From Trueperaceae bacterium (GTDB lineage Bacteria > Deinococcota > Deinococci > Deinococcales > Trueperaceae), in the NCBI GenBank assembly GCA_034521815.1, contig JAXHLW010000013.1, positions 384,001 to 448,000 on the forward strand: a stretch of DNA of 64,000 nucleotides. Reading direction: 5' to 3'. Positions 31,949 to 42,297 of this stretch are shown here, one piece after another (position 1 is the stretch's first letter; every line of letters starts with the position of its first letter). The notes below the pieces were generated by a model. It did not search any database. It saw only the letters and a list, made by a program, of their open reading frames with translations, and was not told the origin of the DNA. Position numbers and translations under genes: made by a program.

Positions 31949-34555
31949 ATGGATGCTGAACGGTTCACACGATCGTCGCTCGAGATGCTGCAATCCGCGC
32001 AGCAGATCGCGCGGACCCGTGGTCAGCAGCAGCTCGGTCCGCTTCACCTCGCCGCCGCGCTGCTGGCCGACGCCGACGGACCCCCTGCCCGCGTGGTCCA
32101 GCGGGCCGGGGGAGAGCCAGCCCAGGCCTACGCCCAGCTCGACGCCGCCCTCGCCAAGCTGCCCAGCGTCTCCGGCCAAGCCGCCGGGACCGAGGTGTAC
32201 GCCGGCGCCGAGCTGAACCGCGCGCTCTCCGCGGCCGACGCCCTGGCCCGCGAATGGGGCGACCGCTTCGTCGCCGCCGACGTCCTGCTCGTCGCCCTCC
32301 GCCGTACGGTTTCCCGGGAGCTGGCCATGCTTCCGGGCGCCGCCGAGCTCGAAGCCGCCGCCAAGGAGATCCGCGGCGGACGGACCGTCGACGACGAGGG
32401 CGCCGAGGGCACCTTCGAGGCCCTCGACACGTACGGCATCGACCTCACTCGCCAGGCCCGGGACGGCGGGCTCGACCCGGTCATCGGTCGCGACGACGAG
32501 ATCCGCCGGGCCATCCAGATCCTGCTGCGGCGCACGAAGAACAACCCCGTCCTCATCGGCGAGCCCGGCGTCGGCAAGACGGCCATCGCCGAGGGTCTGG
32601 CCCAGCGCATCGTCAGCGGAGACGTGCCCGAAGGGCTGCTGGGCAAGCGGATCGTGCAGCTGGACATGGGCTCGCTGCTGGCCGGCGCGAAGTACCGCGG
32701 CGAGTTCGAGGAGCGCCTCAAGGCGGTCATCACCGAAGTGGTGGACGCGGGCGGCGAGATCGTGATGTTCATCGACGAGCTGCACACCATCGTCGGCGCC
32801 GGCAAGGCCGAGGGCGCCGTCGACGCGGGCAACATGCTGAAGCCGCCGCTCGCCCGCGGGCAGCTGCGCATGATCGGCGCGACCACGCTCGACGAGTACC
32901 GCGAGATCGAGAAGGACGCCGCGCTCGAGCGCCGCTTCCAGCCGATCTTCGTCGACGAGCCGTCGGTCGAGGAGACGGTCAGCATCCTCCGCGGCCTCAA
33001 GGAGAAGTACGAGGTGCACCACGGCGTGCGCATCACCGACCCCGCGCTGATCGCCGCCGCGACGCTGAGCCATCGCTACGTCGGCGACCGGCAGCTGCCG
33101 GACGCGGCGATCGATCTGATCGACGAGGCGGCCAGCCGGATCCGGGTGCAGCTCGACAGCCTGCCCGAAGAGATCGACGCGCTCAAGCGCCGCAAGCTCC
33201 AGCTCGACGTCGAGCGGGCGGCCCTGGCCAAGGAGGAGGATCCCGAAAGCGCCGCACGGCTCGTGCGGGCCGAGGAGGAGCTCCGCACGCTCGAGGAACG
33301 CATCGAGGAGGCCCAGAGCGACTGGCGCAGCGAGAAGGAGAAGCTCGACGAGCTGCGCGAGGCCCAGGAGGAGCGCGACCGCGTCCGGACACGCATCGAG
33401 GCCGCGGAGCGCGACTACGACCTGAACCAGGCGGCGGAGCTCCGCTACGGGCACCTGCCGAAGCTCGACCAGCGCATCCGCGAGCTCACCGCCGAGCTCG
33501 AGGGCGCCCACTACGTCCGGCTCGAGGTCGGCGAGGACGAGGTCGCCGAGGTGGTCTCGCGCTCGACCGGCATCCCGGTCGCCCGCCTGATGGAGGGCGA
33601 GCGCGAGAAGCTGCTCGGCCTCGAGGACGAGCTGCACCGCCGCGTCGTCGGACAGGACCGGGCGCTCTCGGCCGTCGCCGACGCCGTTCGCCGCTCGCGG
33701 GCGGGACTGGCCGACGACCGCAAGCCGATCGGCAGCTTCCTGTTCCTCGGGCCTACCGGCGTGGGCAAGACCGAGACCGCGAAGGCGCTAGCCCAGCAGC
33801 TGTTCGACGACGAGGACGCCATGGTGCGGCTGGACATGAGCGAGTACATGGAGCGGCACACCGTCGCCCGGCTGATCGGGGCGCCCCCCGGCTACGTCGG
33901 CTTCGAGGAGGGCGGCCAGCTCACCGAGGCGATCCGCCGCAGGCCGTACGCCGTGGTGCTGTTCGACGAGATCGAGAAGGCGCATCCTGACGTCTTCAAC
34001 GCACTTCTGCAGCTGCTCGACGACGGCCGTCTCACCGACGCCCACGGGCGCACGGTGGACTTCCGCAATACCGTCGTGATCCTCACCAGCAACATCGGCA
34101 GCCCCCAGATCCTCGAGATGGGACGGTCCGGCAGGCCCGCCTCGGAGATCGAGGAGACGGTGATGAACGAGCTCCGCACCGCGTTCAGGCCCGAGTTCCT
34201 GAACCGGCTGGACGACATCGTGGTGTTCGAAGGGCTCAGTCGCGAGCAGGTCGCCAGGATCGCCGAGCTGCGGATCGACGAGCTTCGTGCCCGCCTGGCG
34301 CCCACCCGGATCCGGCTCGAGGTGAGCGACGAGGCGCTGGCGTTCCTGTCGCGGGTCGGCTTCGACCCGGCGTTCGGCGCGCGCCCGCTGGCGCGTGCCA
34401 TCCGCAAGCACCTCGAGACGCCGCTGAGCCGTGAGATCCTCGGCGGGTCCGTACAGGACGGCGACATCGTGAAGGTGCGCACCGACGGCGAGCGCCTGAC
34501 GTTCGAGGTGGATCGGCCCCAGGACGTGCTCGGCGGAGGCGCTGCAGCGACGTAG
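31949..34555 (+). CDS. clpB: ATP-dependent chaperone ClpB
   Basis: Two AAA+ modules ([29 protein letters not shown]), long M-domain with [20 protein letters not shown]. Confidence 0.96.
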   Translation: MDAERFTRSSLEMLQSAQQIARTRGQQQLGPLHLAAALLADADGPPARVVQRAGGEPAQAYAQLDAALAKLPSVSGQAAGTEVYAGAELNRALSAADALAREWGDRFVAADVLLVALRRTVSRELAMLPGAAELEAAAKEIRGGRTVDDEGAEGTFEALDTYGIDLTRQARDGGLDPVIGRDDEIRRAIQILLRRTKNNPVLIGEPGVGKTAIAEGLAQRIVSGDVPEGLLGKRIVQLDMGSLLAGAKYRGEFEERLKAVITEVVDAGGEIVMFIDELHTIVGAGKAEGAVDAGNMLKPPLARGQLRMIGATTLDEYREIEKDAALERRFQPIFVDEPSVEETVSILRGLKEKYEVHHGVRITDPALIAAATLSHRYVGDRQLPDAAIDLIDEAASRIRVQLDSLPEEIDALKRRKLQLDVERAALAKEEDPESAARLVRAEEELRTLEERIEEAQSDWRSEKEKLDELREAQEERDRVRTRIEAAERDYDLNQAAELRYGHLPKLDQRIRELTAELEGAHYVRLEVGEDEVAEVVSRSTGIPVARLMEGEREKLLGLEDELHRRVVGQDRALSAVADAVRRSRAGLADDRKPIGSFLFLGPTGVGKTETAKALAQQLFDDEDAMVRLDMSEYMERHTVARLIGAPPGYVGFEEGGQLTEAIRRRPYAVVLFDEIEKAHPDVFNALLQLLDDGRLTDAHGRTVDFRNTVVILTSNIGSPQILEMGRSGRPASEIEETVMNELRTAFRPEFLNRLDDIVVFEGLSREQVARIAELRIDELRARLAPTRIRLEVSDEALAFLSRVGFDPAFGARPLARAIRKHLETPLSREILGGSVQDGDIVKVRTDGERLTFEVDRPQDVLGGGAAAT

Positions 34556-34722
34556 GCGCTGCACCGACGAGCGCGACCGCGCGCGTGCCGACGGTGCGGC
34601 CGCACGCGCGTGGACCCCGGGTACGGTGGGCGACGACGGCTCGCTCGAAGCGGGCTACCCTCGACCGACGTACGCGGCCACGCCTGGTGGCCGAGCGTGC
34701 CCGTTCTCTCGGAAGGAACCCC

Positions 34723-36213
34723 ATGTGCGGCATCTGCGGCGTCCACGGACGCCATCCCGACCCGGTAGGCGAGACCCGCAGGATGATGGCGGCGTTGCGT
34801 CACCGTGGACCCGACGACGAGGGCGTGATCAGCGTCGGCCCGACCACGCTGGGCCACGTCCGCCTCTCGATCGTCGATCCGGAGGGCGGGGTCCAGCCGC
34901 ACCGGAGCGAGGACGGGACCGTCGCGCTCGCCGGCAACGGCGAGATCTACAACCACGAGGGTCTACGCGCGCTGCTGGGGGACCACGAGTTCGCCTCCGA
35001 CGCGGACACCGAGGCGGCGCTCCACCTGTTCGAGCGCGATGGCGCGGCGTTCGCGCGGGCGCTGGACGGCATGTACGCCCTGGCGGTCGCCGACGGCCGC
35101 GATCTGGCGCTGGCGCGCGATCCGCTGGGGATCAAGCCGCTCTACCTCGCCGAGAAGGACGGCACGACCTGGTTCGCATCCGAGCTCAAGGCGCTGGCCC
35201 ACGTCGGCGCGCCGCTACGGGCCGTGCGGCCGGGCACCGTCTGGCACTCGCGTCACGGGGTGCGCCGAAGCTGGTCGCTGCCCGAGGCGCGCAGCGAGAT
35301 CGGCGACGCGGACGAGGCTCGGCGCGCGGTCCGCGCAGCGCTCGAGGCGGCGGTCGACAAGCGCCTGATGGCCGACGTTCCGCTGGGCGCGTTCCTCTCG
35401 GGCGGGCTGGACTCGAGCGCGATCGCGGCCCTGGCGATCCGCCGCGCCGGCTCGCTCAAGACCTTCTCGGTCGGTACCGAGGGATCGCCCGACCTGATCG
35501 CGGCCCGCGTCGTCGCGGAGCATCTCGGCACCGATCACTACGAGCACGTCATCGATCCCGCCGAGGTCCGCGAGGTGCTGCCGGGCATCGTGGCAGGGCT
35601 CGAGTCGTTCGACGCCGACCTGGTTCGAAGCGTGGTGCCCACCTGGTTCACCGCGCGCCTGGCCGCCGAGCACGTCAAGGTGATCCTGACGGGGGAGGGC
35701 GCCGACGAGCTGTTCGCCGGCTACGCCTACCACGCCGACTACGACGGCGACCCGGGCGCCCTGGCCAGCGAGCTGACCCGGTCGCTGGGGACGATGCACG
35801 ACGTGAACCTGCAGCGCGTCGACCGTATGACCATGGCGCACGGCCTCGAAGGCCGCGTGCCGTTCCTGGACTGGGGCCTGATCGACGTGGCGCAACGCAT
35901 CGATCCCCGCCTCAAGCGGCGGGGCGGCACCGAGAAGTGGATCCTGAGGGAGGCCGTCGCCGACCTGCTGCCCGAGGCGATCGTCTGGCGCGGCAAGGCC
36001 CAGTTCGACGAAGGGTCGGGCTCGGTCGACCTTCTCGCCGACCTCGTGCGCGACCTACCGGACGAGCCCGGCCCCGACGCGCCGTTCCCGCTCCGCTCGG
36101 CCGAGGAGGCGGCGTACTACCGGATGTTCGCCGGCGCGTTCCCCGATCCGCAGGCCGCCGCGGCCGTGGTCGGGCGATGGCACGCCGGGCGCACGTCCAA
36201 CAGCGCGCGCTGA
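34723..36213 (+). CDS. asnB: Asparagine synthase (glutamine-hydrolysing) family
   Basis: Ntn N-terminus MCGICG, HRGPD, NGEIYN, RDPLGIKPLY, LSGGLDSS, TGEGADELFAGY, EGRVPFLD. Confidence 0.9.
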   Translation: MCGICGVHGRHPDPVGETRRMMAALRHRGPDDEGVISVGPTTLGHVRLSIVDPEGGVQPHRSEDGTVALAGNGEIYNHEGLRALLGDHEFASDADTEAALHLFERDGAAFARALDGMYALAVADGRDLALARDPLGIKPLYLAEKDGTTWFASELKALAHVGAPLRAVRPGTVWHSRHGVRRSWSLPEARSEIGDADEARRAVRAALEAAVDKRLMADVPLGAFLSGGLDSSAIAALAIRRAGSLKTFSVGTEGSPDLIAARVVAEHLGTDHYEHVIDPAEVREVLPGIVAGLESFDADLVRSVVPTWFTARLAAEHVKVILTGEGADELFAGYAYHADYDGDPGALASELTRSLGTMHDVNLQRVDRMTMAHGLEGRVPFLDWGLIDVAQRIDPRLKRRGGTEKWILREAVADLLPEAIVWRGKAQFDEGSGSVDLLADLVRDLPDEPGPDAPFPLRSAEEAAYYRMFAGAFPDPQAAAAVVGRWHAGRTSNSAR

Positions 36214-36250
36214 GCCACGGACCGGCGCGCTCGCTCGGCACCGGGCTCGC

Positions 36251-39142
36251 TCAGCCCGGCTCGCGGACCACGAGCGCCAGCTCGTCGCGCGCCGCCTCGA
36301 GTCCGGCCGTCGGGCCCAGCACGACGATGCGTGGCTCGCCGGCGGCCTCGATCGCGTCGGCGAGCTCCGTGAACACCGAGCGGTCGGCGTCCAGCAGCTC
36401 GCGACGTAGCCGCTGCGTCTGACCTTCGGTCCCACGCAGCCGACGCGTCAACGCCCTGAAGCCCCGTGCGCCGGGCAGCGCGTACGGATCGAGCGATCCC
36501 ACGGCGCCGATCACCAGGGTCTCGAAGTCGAGGGGCTCGACCGTCCCCGCCGCTTCGCGCAACAGATCCGGCGCCTGGGCGACGATGTCGAGCGTCTCGG
36601 TCAGGTTCGGGTCACGGTACGAGAACGTTCGGATCGCGCCGTGCAGCGGATCGAGCTGGGCGCCCGCTCCGTACGCACCCCCCTGGAACCGCAGCCGCGG
36701 GATCAGCACGTCGGCCGTCAGCCAGCGCGCCGCCGCGAGCCAGCCACCGGGCAGCGGTGCGCCCCCGAGCAGCGTTCGTCCCGTCGCCACGTAGTGCACC
36801 TGGCCAGGAAGCGTCCACCCCTCGCGCGTCCCCGGCGCATCCAGCCGCCACTCCGCCGCGTCGCCGGCGCCGGCCGGGAGGCCGCCCAGCAGCGTGGGGA
36901 GCGCGTCGTCGGCCGCGGTCGCGGCCTCGTCGTCGGCAGTGACGCCGACGACGAGGCCGGCCCGCACCAGCAGCGTGTCGCGGAGCTCGGCGAGCTCGGC
37001 GGCGAGGGCCGGCCAGTCGTCGTCGCAACGATCGACGAGCCGAGCGAGGCCGTCCAGCGAGGCGAGGCCGCCGATCAGCTCCTCGGCGCGGTCCTCGCCG
37101 CTGTCGTGCGCGGCCAGCCGGCGCAGCGCGAAGCGGTGCCCCGCCGGCTCCAGCGCCGAGCGACGACGCGCGAGGTCCTCCACCGCCAGGCGCCGGACCT
37201 GCGCGACGTCGCTCAGGTCGGCTTCGGTGACGATCTCCGTCATCAGGTCGGTCAGGTCGGCGGCCTTGTGGGCCAGCGCCTTGCCGCGCACGAAGAAGCG
37301 CGCCATGCCTGGAGCTCCACCGACACCGGCGGCGAGGTCGGCGCCGGCGCCGATGCCGCCGGTGTCGCGGTCGATCGCACGGCTCAGGTCGGCCAGCGAG
37401 CGGCTTCGGGTTCCTGTCTCGAGCAGAAGGCGACCGAGCAACCCCACGTGAGGGAGCAGGCGCTCGGGCACGCGTCGCAGATCGAAGCCCAGATCCAGGT
37501 AGACCAGGCCGCGGGTCGGCAGGTCGACGCGCAGGACCTGAACGCCGCCCCGGTCCTCGGCGTGGATCTCGGGCTCGGGCCGCTGCTCGCGGAGGTCGTC
37601 TCGGTGAAGGCGGGGCAGGGTGGCACGCACCTCGGGAGGGTCGGGCCGACGTTGCGCCTCCGCCAGCTCGGCGGCGCTCGCGGCCACGGCGTCCATCTCG
37701 GCGTCGCTCATCGCCGTCGCTCGCGCGCGCAAGCGCGCCGACTCCTGCGTCGCGCGCCGCTCGCTCAGCTCCAGATCGGGCACGACCGTCGACGCCACCC
37801 GGTGCGGATTGTCGAGCAAGCGCTCGCGCATCAGCGCGGTCAGGGCGCCCGCGCCCTCGCCCAGGCGGTCGTCCAGATCCGCGAGGGCGGCGTCGAGATC
37901 CACCTGCCGCAGAGGGTCGCCTCCGTGCAGCCACGCTCCCAGCGCGTCCAGCCCCAGCGCCAGGCCACGCTGGCCGCCGTACACGTCCAGCTCGCGCAGG
38001 TCGAACTCCAGCCGGTTTCGCGCCGCCAGGACGTCGGCTGCGTCCAAGCCGCGCTGGGCCAGGTCCCGGAGCGTCGCCAGCACCCGCTCGTGGACCTCGT
38101 CGGTGCGCTCCGGATCGACGCCGCGGAGGCCGGCGCGAAACACCGGTTGACGCAGCGCGCTGCCCAGGCCGCCGACGAACGCCTCGCCCAGGCCGGCGTC
38201 CAGCAGCGCGCGGCGCAGCGGGGCGGCCGGCGAGCCGACCAGCACGTGACCCAGCACCTCGAGCGCCAGCTCCTCGCCCGGCCCGGACGGTGCCGGGAGC
38301 GCCCAGGCGACCGTGGCGAACGCTTTGCCGCGCGCGTCCGACGGGTAGGCGCCCTCCGCCGTGCCTGGCGCGTCGAACGGGGGCTGGATGGCGGGCGGGG
38401 GCAGCGGGCTCAGGCGCGGAGCTCCCTCGAGGTAGCGGGCGATCGCCGCCAGCGTCGGCTCCAGCGGTACGTCGCCGTGCACCACGAACCGGGCCCGGCT
38501 GGGGTGGTAGTGCGCGGCGTGGTACGCGACCAGATCCTCGTACGTCAGGTCGGGAATCGCGGCCGGGTCGCCGCCCGACTCGTGCCGGTAGGCGGTGCCT
38601 GGGAACAGCGCCGCGGTCTCGGTGTGCGCCAGCGCGCGACTCGGATCGGCGACCGCTCCCTTCATCTCGTTGTACACGACGCCGCGAAGACGCAGCTCGC
38701 GGTCCGACCCGTTCAGCTCGAGGTGCCAGGCCTCCTGATCGAACGTCTCGCGCGACAGGCGTGGCCGGAACACGGCGTCGAGGTAGACGTCGAGCAGGTT
38801 GAGGAAGTCGCGCGGATGCTCCGTCGCGAACGGGTAGATCGTCCGGTCGGGGTACGTCATCGCGTTCAGGAAGCCCGCCAGGGACCCCTTGATCATCTCG
38901 AAGAACGGGTCCTTGAGCGGAAAGCGCTCGGAGCCGGCGAGGACCATGTGCTCCAGGATGTGGGCGACGCCGGTGTCGTCGTCGGGGAGGGTCTGGAACC
39001 CGACGGCGAACGACAGGTTCGGCTCGGCGCCCTGGAGCGCCAGCAGCTCGGCGCCGCTGGCCTCGTGACGAAAGCGCCGTCCGACGACCCCTGCGATGAC
39101 GAGATCGCGTTCCTCGACGCTCGTGAATCCGTGCATGTCCAT
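36251..39142 (-). CDS. Insulinase family M16C metallopeptidase (PreP/Cym1-like)
   Basis: Inverted zincin GVAHILEH, KDPFF, FLNAMTYPDRT.YP, GVVYNEMKG, GGAYG...SYRDP. Confidence 0.92.
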   Translation of the reverse strand: MDMHGFTSVEERDLVIAGVVGRRFRHEASGAELLALQGAEPNLSFAVGFQTLPDDDTGVAHILEHMVLAGSERFPLKDPFFEMIKGSLAGFLNAMTYPDRTIYPFATEHPRDFLNLLDVYLDAVFRPRLSRETFDQEAWHLELNGSDRELRLRGVVYNEMKGAVADPSRALAHTETAALFPGTAYRHESGGDPAAIPDLTYEDLVAYHAAHYHPSRARFVVHGDVPLEPTLAAIARYLEGAPRLSPLPPPAIQPPFDAPGTAEGAYPSDARGKAFATVAWALPAPSGPGEELALEVLGHVLVGSPAAPLRRALLDAGLGEAFVGGLGSALRQPVFRAGLRGVDPERTDEVHERVLATLRDLAQRGLDAADVLAARNRLEFDLRELDVYGGQRGLALGLDALGAWLHGGDPLRQVDLDAALADLDDRLGEGAGALTALMRERLLDNPHRVASTVVPDLELSERRATQESARLRARATAMSDAEMDAVAASAAELAEAQRRPDPPEVRATLPRLHRDDLREQRPEPEIHAEDRGGVQVLRVDLPTRGLVYLDLGFDLRRVPERLLPHVGLLGRLLLETGTRSRSLADLSRAIDRDTGGIGAGADLAAGVGGAPGMARFFVRGKALAHKAADLTDLMTEIVTEADLSDVAQVRRLAVEDLARRRSALEPAGHRFALRRLAAHDSGEDRAEELIGGLASLDGLARLVDRCDDDWPALAAELAELRDTLLVRAGLVVGVTADDEAATAADDALPTLLGGLPAGAGDAAEWRLDAPGTREGWTLPGQVHYVATGRTLLGGAPLPGGWLAAARWLTADVLIPRLRFQGGAYGAGAQLDPLHGAIRTFSYRDPNLTETLDIVAQAPDLLREAAGTVEPLDFETLVIGAVGSLDPYALPGARGFRALTRRLRGTEGQTQRLRRELLDADRSVFTELADAIEAAGEPRIVVLGPTAGLEAARDELALVVREPG

Positions 39143-39146
39143 GGCG

Positions 39147-39218
39147 CGGACGCTATCACGGCGCTAGGCATGTGCGGCGTATGGGGAGCGCCGTCGGACG
39201 CCGCCGTGATAGCGTCCG
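39147..39218. promoter_or_regulatory. Perfect 17-bp inverted repeat forming two identical divergent extended -10 promoters
   Basis: CGGACGCTATCACGGCG (39147-39163) and CGCCGTGATAGCGTCCG (39202-39218). Each gives TGa-TAGCGT 6-7 nt before a start codon. Confidence 0.75.
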
Positions 39219-39221
39219 GTC

Positions 39222-40622
39222 GTGGTTCCTCGTCGTGCTCGGCTTCCGCACCTCGAGCCCGCTCGGCGTGCCCTCGCCGAAGGGCGTTACGAGGTGGCGT
39301 TCGCGCTGCTCGAGGACGCAGCGGCGAGGACCCGTCCTCAGCAGGTCCGCGCGCACTACCAGCTTCATCTCGCCGCCGCCGATGCGCTGTACGGAAACGA
39401 AGGACTCGATCACGGCCTCCGTGCTCTCAGGGCCGTGGCCGCCGCCGACCCCGACGCCGTGCGGTGGCCGCTGTACCGTGCCCTTCACTGGGAGTTCCGC
39501 GCGTTGCAGGGCGCCTCCGCGCACGAGGTCCGTCACGGTGTCGACGGTCTGGGCGACGACGATCCGGTCGCGGCGTACCACGCGGCCAGCGCGCTGTGGC
39601 GCTCGGGAGCGTCACGGACCGCACGGCGCGCCCTGGCCGGCATCGACGAGCGTGAGCTTCCCGAGTACCTGCGGTGGCGCAGCGCCTTCCTGCTGGGACA
39701 CGTCCACGCCGACGCCGGCGACTGGGAGGCCGCGACCGTCGCGTTCGTGGACGCGTTCAGGTCGGCGGCCGCGAGCGAGCGCGAGCCGGTCCGCATCCAC
39801 CTCGCGAGCGCGCTTCTGGAGATCGGCCGGGCGGAGGAGGCCCACCGGCTGCTGGACGCGCTGGACCCGGAGGCGTTGACGCCCCCCGACGTGGGCTGGG
39901 GCTACGAGCTCCAAGGTCGAGCGGAGCTGGAGCTGGGCAATCCGAGGCGCGCTCTGGACCACCTGGACGACGCGGACCGCCTGGCCGAGGACGGGATTCG
40001 CCGCTTCGCGGTGGCGCAGGCACGCGCGCAAGCGCTTGCGCGGCTCGGCCGGCACGCCGAGGCGGCCGAGCGCATCGCCGAGGCGCTTCCCGACGCGCCC
40101 GAGAGCGAACGCGCCTACGCCCTGCACGAGCGCGCCATCGCCTTGCTGGAGGCGGACCGGATCGACGAAGCGCAAGAAGTGCTCGACGAGCTCCTCCTCG
40201 ATCCGGACTACCCTCACCGGGGCGAAGCCACCGCCGACCTGGCCGAGATCGAGCTTCGCCGGGGCGACCTGTCCGAGGCGCGCCAGGCCGCCGTGCGCGC
40301 CCTGGAGCTCGGGGCGACCGGGCCGGCGTGCCTGACGCTGGGCACGGTCGCGTTCGAGTACTTCGACTTCGACGAGGCGGTCGTCTGGCTGGAGCGCGCC
40401 GTCAGCGCGACGTCGGCCGGCGATCCGACCTGGATCGCTGCGCACCAGCTCCTCGCCGACGTGTACGCCCAGCGTGGCCCGTCGTCGGCGGAGAACCTGC
40501 TGATCCACGCGCGAAAGGCGCTGAGCTGGGCCGAGGGGGGCAGCGAGTGGGCCGGACCGCTGGAGGCGCAGGTCGAGCTGGCCCGGGGCTGGCTCGGTGG
40601 ACACGAGCGCTGGCTGAACTGA
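39222..40622 (+). CDS. Tetratricopeptide-repeat protein
   Basis: Repeated helical units such as LGHVHADAGDWEAA, LASALLEIGRAEEA, LAEIELRRGDLSEA, LGTVAFEYFDFDEA. Confidence 0.8.
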   Translation: MVPRRARLPHLEPARRALAEGRYEVAFALLEDAAARTRPQQVRAHYQLHLAAADALYGNEGLDHGLRALRAVAAADPDAVRWPLYRALHWEFRALQGASAHEVRHGVDGLGDDDPVAAYHAASALWRSGASRTARRALAGIDERELPEYLRWRSAFLLGHVHADAGDWEAATVAFVDAFRSAAASEREPVRIHLASALLEIGRAEEAHRLLDALDPEALTPPDVGWGYELQGRAELELGNPRRALDHLDDADRLAEDGIRRFAVAQARAQALARLGRHAEAAERIAEALPDAPESERAYALHERAIALLEADRIDEAQEVLDELLLDPDYPHRGEATADLAEIELRRGDLSEARQAAVRALELGATGPACLTLGTVAFEYFDFDEAVVWLERAVSATSAGDPTWIAAHQLLADVYAQRGPSSAENLLIHARKALSWAEGGSEWAGPLEAQVELARGWLGGHERWLN

Positions 40623-40686
40623 CGGCCGCTGGGCGCCCGGTCTTCACGGAACGGGCGACGCGCGATCCGACGGTACACTTCCCGGG

Positions 40687-42270
40687 ATGGAAGGTCTTCT
40701 GCTCGCTCAGGTTCTGGACGAGGTCCGCTCGCGCACGCCGGCCGAACGACTGGACTGGCGCTTCGTCGACGAGCACACCGCCGTCCTGCCGTTGGTGCCC
40801 GACCTGGCGCTCTGGTGCTTCGATCGCCTCCCGACGCCTCGCCTGGAGCTGCGACACGACCAGCCGTCCGGTGCAGGCGGTCCCCGGACCGGATTCCAGG
40901 AGCTGCTCCGGGCCCGGGCGGTCGGGGCGCTGGTCGCGGTGGAACAGCCGGGCCTCGATCGGATCGCGCGCCTGCGCTTCGGTGCGGCCAGCGGGTTCGT
41001 CGGAGCGTCGGCGGTCGACCTGGTCGCCGAGCTGACCGGACGGAACGGGAACCTGATCCTGGTGGACGAGGCCGAGACGATCATCGGCGCCGCTCGCGAG
41101 ATCGGTCCCGAGATGAACCGCTACCGCCAGGTCCGTGCGGGCCTGCCGTACCGGCCGCCCCCGCCGTACGACAAGCTCGATCCGCGTCACGCCTCGCGCG
41201 ACCAGCTCCGCGCCGTTCTGCAGGGACGGAAGCCCACCCAGATCAAGCGCCAGGTGGACGGGGTCGGACCGGAGCTCACCGCGGCGATCGTGGCGCTCGC
41301 CGGGGTGCCGGCGGACGCGGAGCTCGAAGGCCAGCGGCTCGACGCGGTGCTGGGCGCTCTGGCGGAGGTCGTCGAGGATCCCGCCGGGGCCGCGCAGCGG
41401 GCGCTGGGACGACCGGACGTCGCGACGCTGCGAGCGCGCGAGCGGCGCGAGGCCGATCTCAGGCGGGTCACCGCGCACCTGAACGAGCGGGCCGCGCTGG
41501 CGCGAAAGCGTCGCCACGACGCCGATCGGACGCTGATCGCGGCGGAGGACGCCGCCCGTCTTCGGGGCGAAGCCGATCTGCTGCTCGCGTACGCCGGACG
41601 GGTGCCGGTGGGCGCGTCGAGCGCGGTCCTGCCGGCGTTCGAGGGCGGCGAGGTCGAGATCAACCTCGATCCGTCGCTTCCGGCGACGGCCAACGCCGAG
41701 GCGCGGTACGAGCAGGCTCGAAGGCGAGAGGCGCGTGCGGAGCGGGCGCTGCAGCGGGCCGACGAGCTCGACCGCGAGCTGCTCGATCTCGAGGGCGAGC
41801 TCGACACGCTGAGCGAGCTCGACGACGACGCGCTGCGAGCGCGCGCCGAGGCGCTCGAGCCGAAGCGTGCCTCCAAGCGGCGAGAGGTGGGACTGCGCTA
41901 CCCCGCTCCGCACGGCTTCACCGTCGTCGTGGGCCGTAACGCGCGCGAGAACGACGAGGTCACGTTCAAGGTGGCCCGCAGTCGCGATGTCTGGCTTCAC
42001 GTGCAGGGGTGGCACGGATCCCACGTGGTCATCCTGACGCAGGGCCGCGAGGTGCCGTTCGACACCGTGCTGTTCGCGGCACGGCTGGCCGCCGGCCACT
42101 CGAAGGCGGTCGGCGGGGACAACGTGCCGGTCGACTACACGGCTCGCAAGAACGTCTGGAAGGTCAAGGGGGGCCCGGCGGGCGCCGTTCGCTTCTCGCA
42201 GCAGAAGACCGTGTACGTCACGCCCAGCCGCAACCCGGCCGCGGAGGCCGCGCAAGAGGCTGGGCGCTAG
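40687..42270 (+). CDS. rqcH: NFACT family protein RqcH/Rqc2 (ribosome quality control)
   Basis: LDRIARLRF, ELTGRNGNLILVD, coiled coil, NFACT-R VVGRNAREND...WLHVQGWHGSHVVI...VPVDYT. Confidence 0.88.
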   Translation: MEGLLLAQVLDEVRSRTPAERLDWRFVDEHTAVLPLVPDLALWCFDRLPTPRLELRHDQPSGAGGPRTGFQELLRARAVGALVAVEQPGLDRIARLRFGAASGFVGASAVDLVAELTGRNGNLILVDEAETIIGAAREIGPEMNRYRQVRAGLPYRPPPPYDKLDPRHASRDQLRAVLQGRKPTQIKRQVDGVGPELTAAIVALAGVPADAELEGQRLDAVLGALAEVVEDPAGAAQRALGRPDVATLRARERREADLRRVTAHLNERAALARKRRHDADRTLIAAEDAARLRGEADLLLAYAGRVPVGASSAVLPAFEGGEVEINLDPSLPATANAEARYEQARRREARAERALQRADELDRELLDLEGELDTLSELDDDALRARAEALEPKRASKRREVGLRYPAPHGFTVVVGRNARENDEVTFKVARSRDVWLHVQGWHGSHVVILTQGREVPFDTVLFAARLAAGHSKAVGGDNVPVDYTARKNVWKVKGGPAGAVRFSQQKTVYVTPSRNPAAEAAQEAGR

Positions 42271-42297
42271 CTACGGTCGCGAAGGCGCCGGGCCTGG

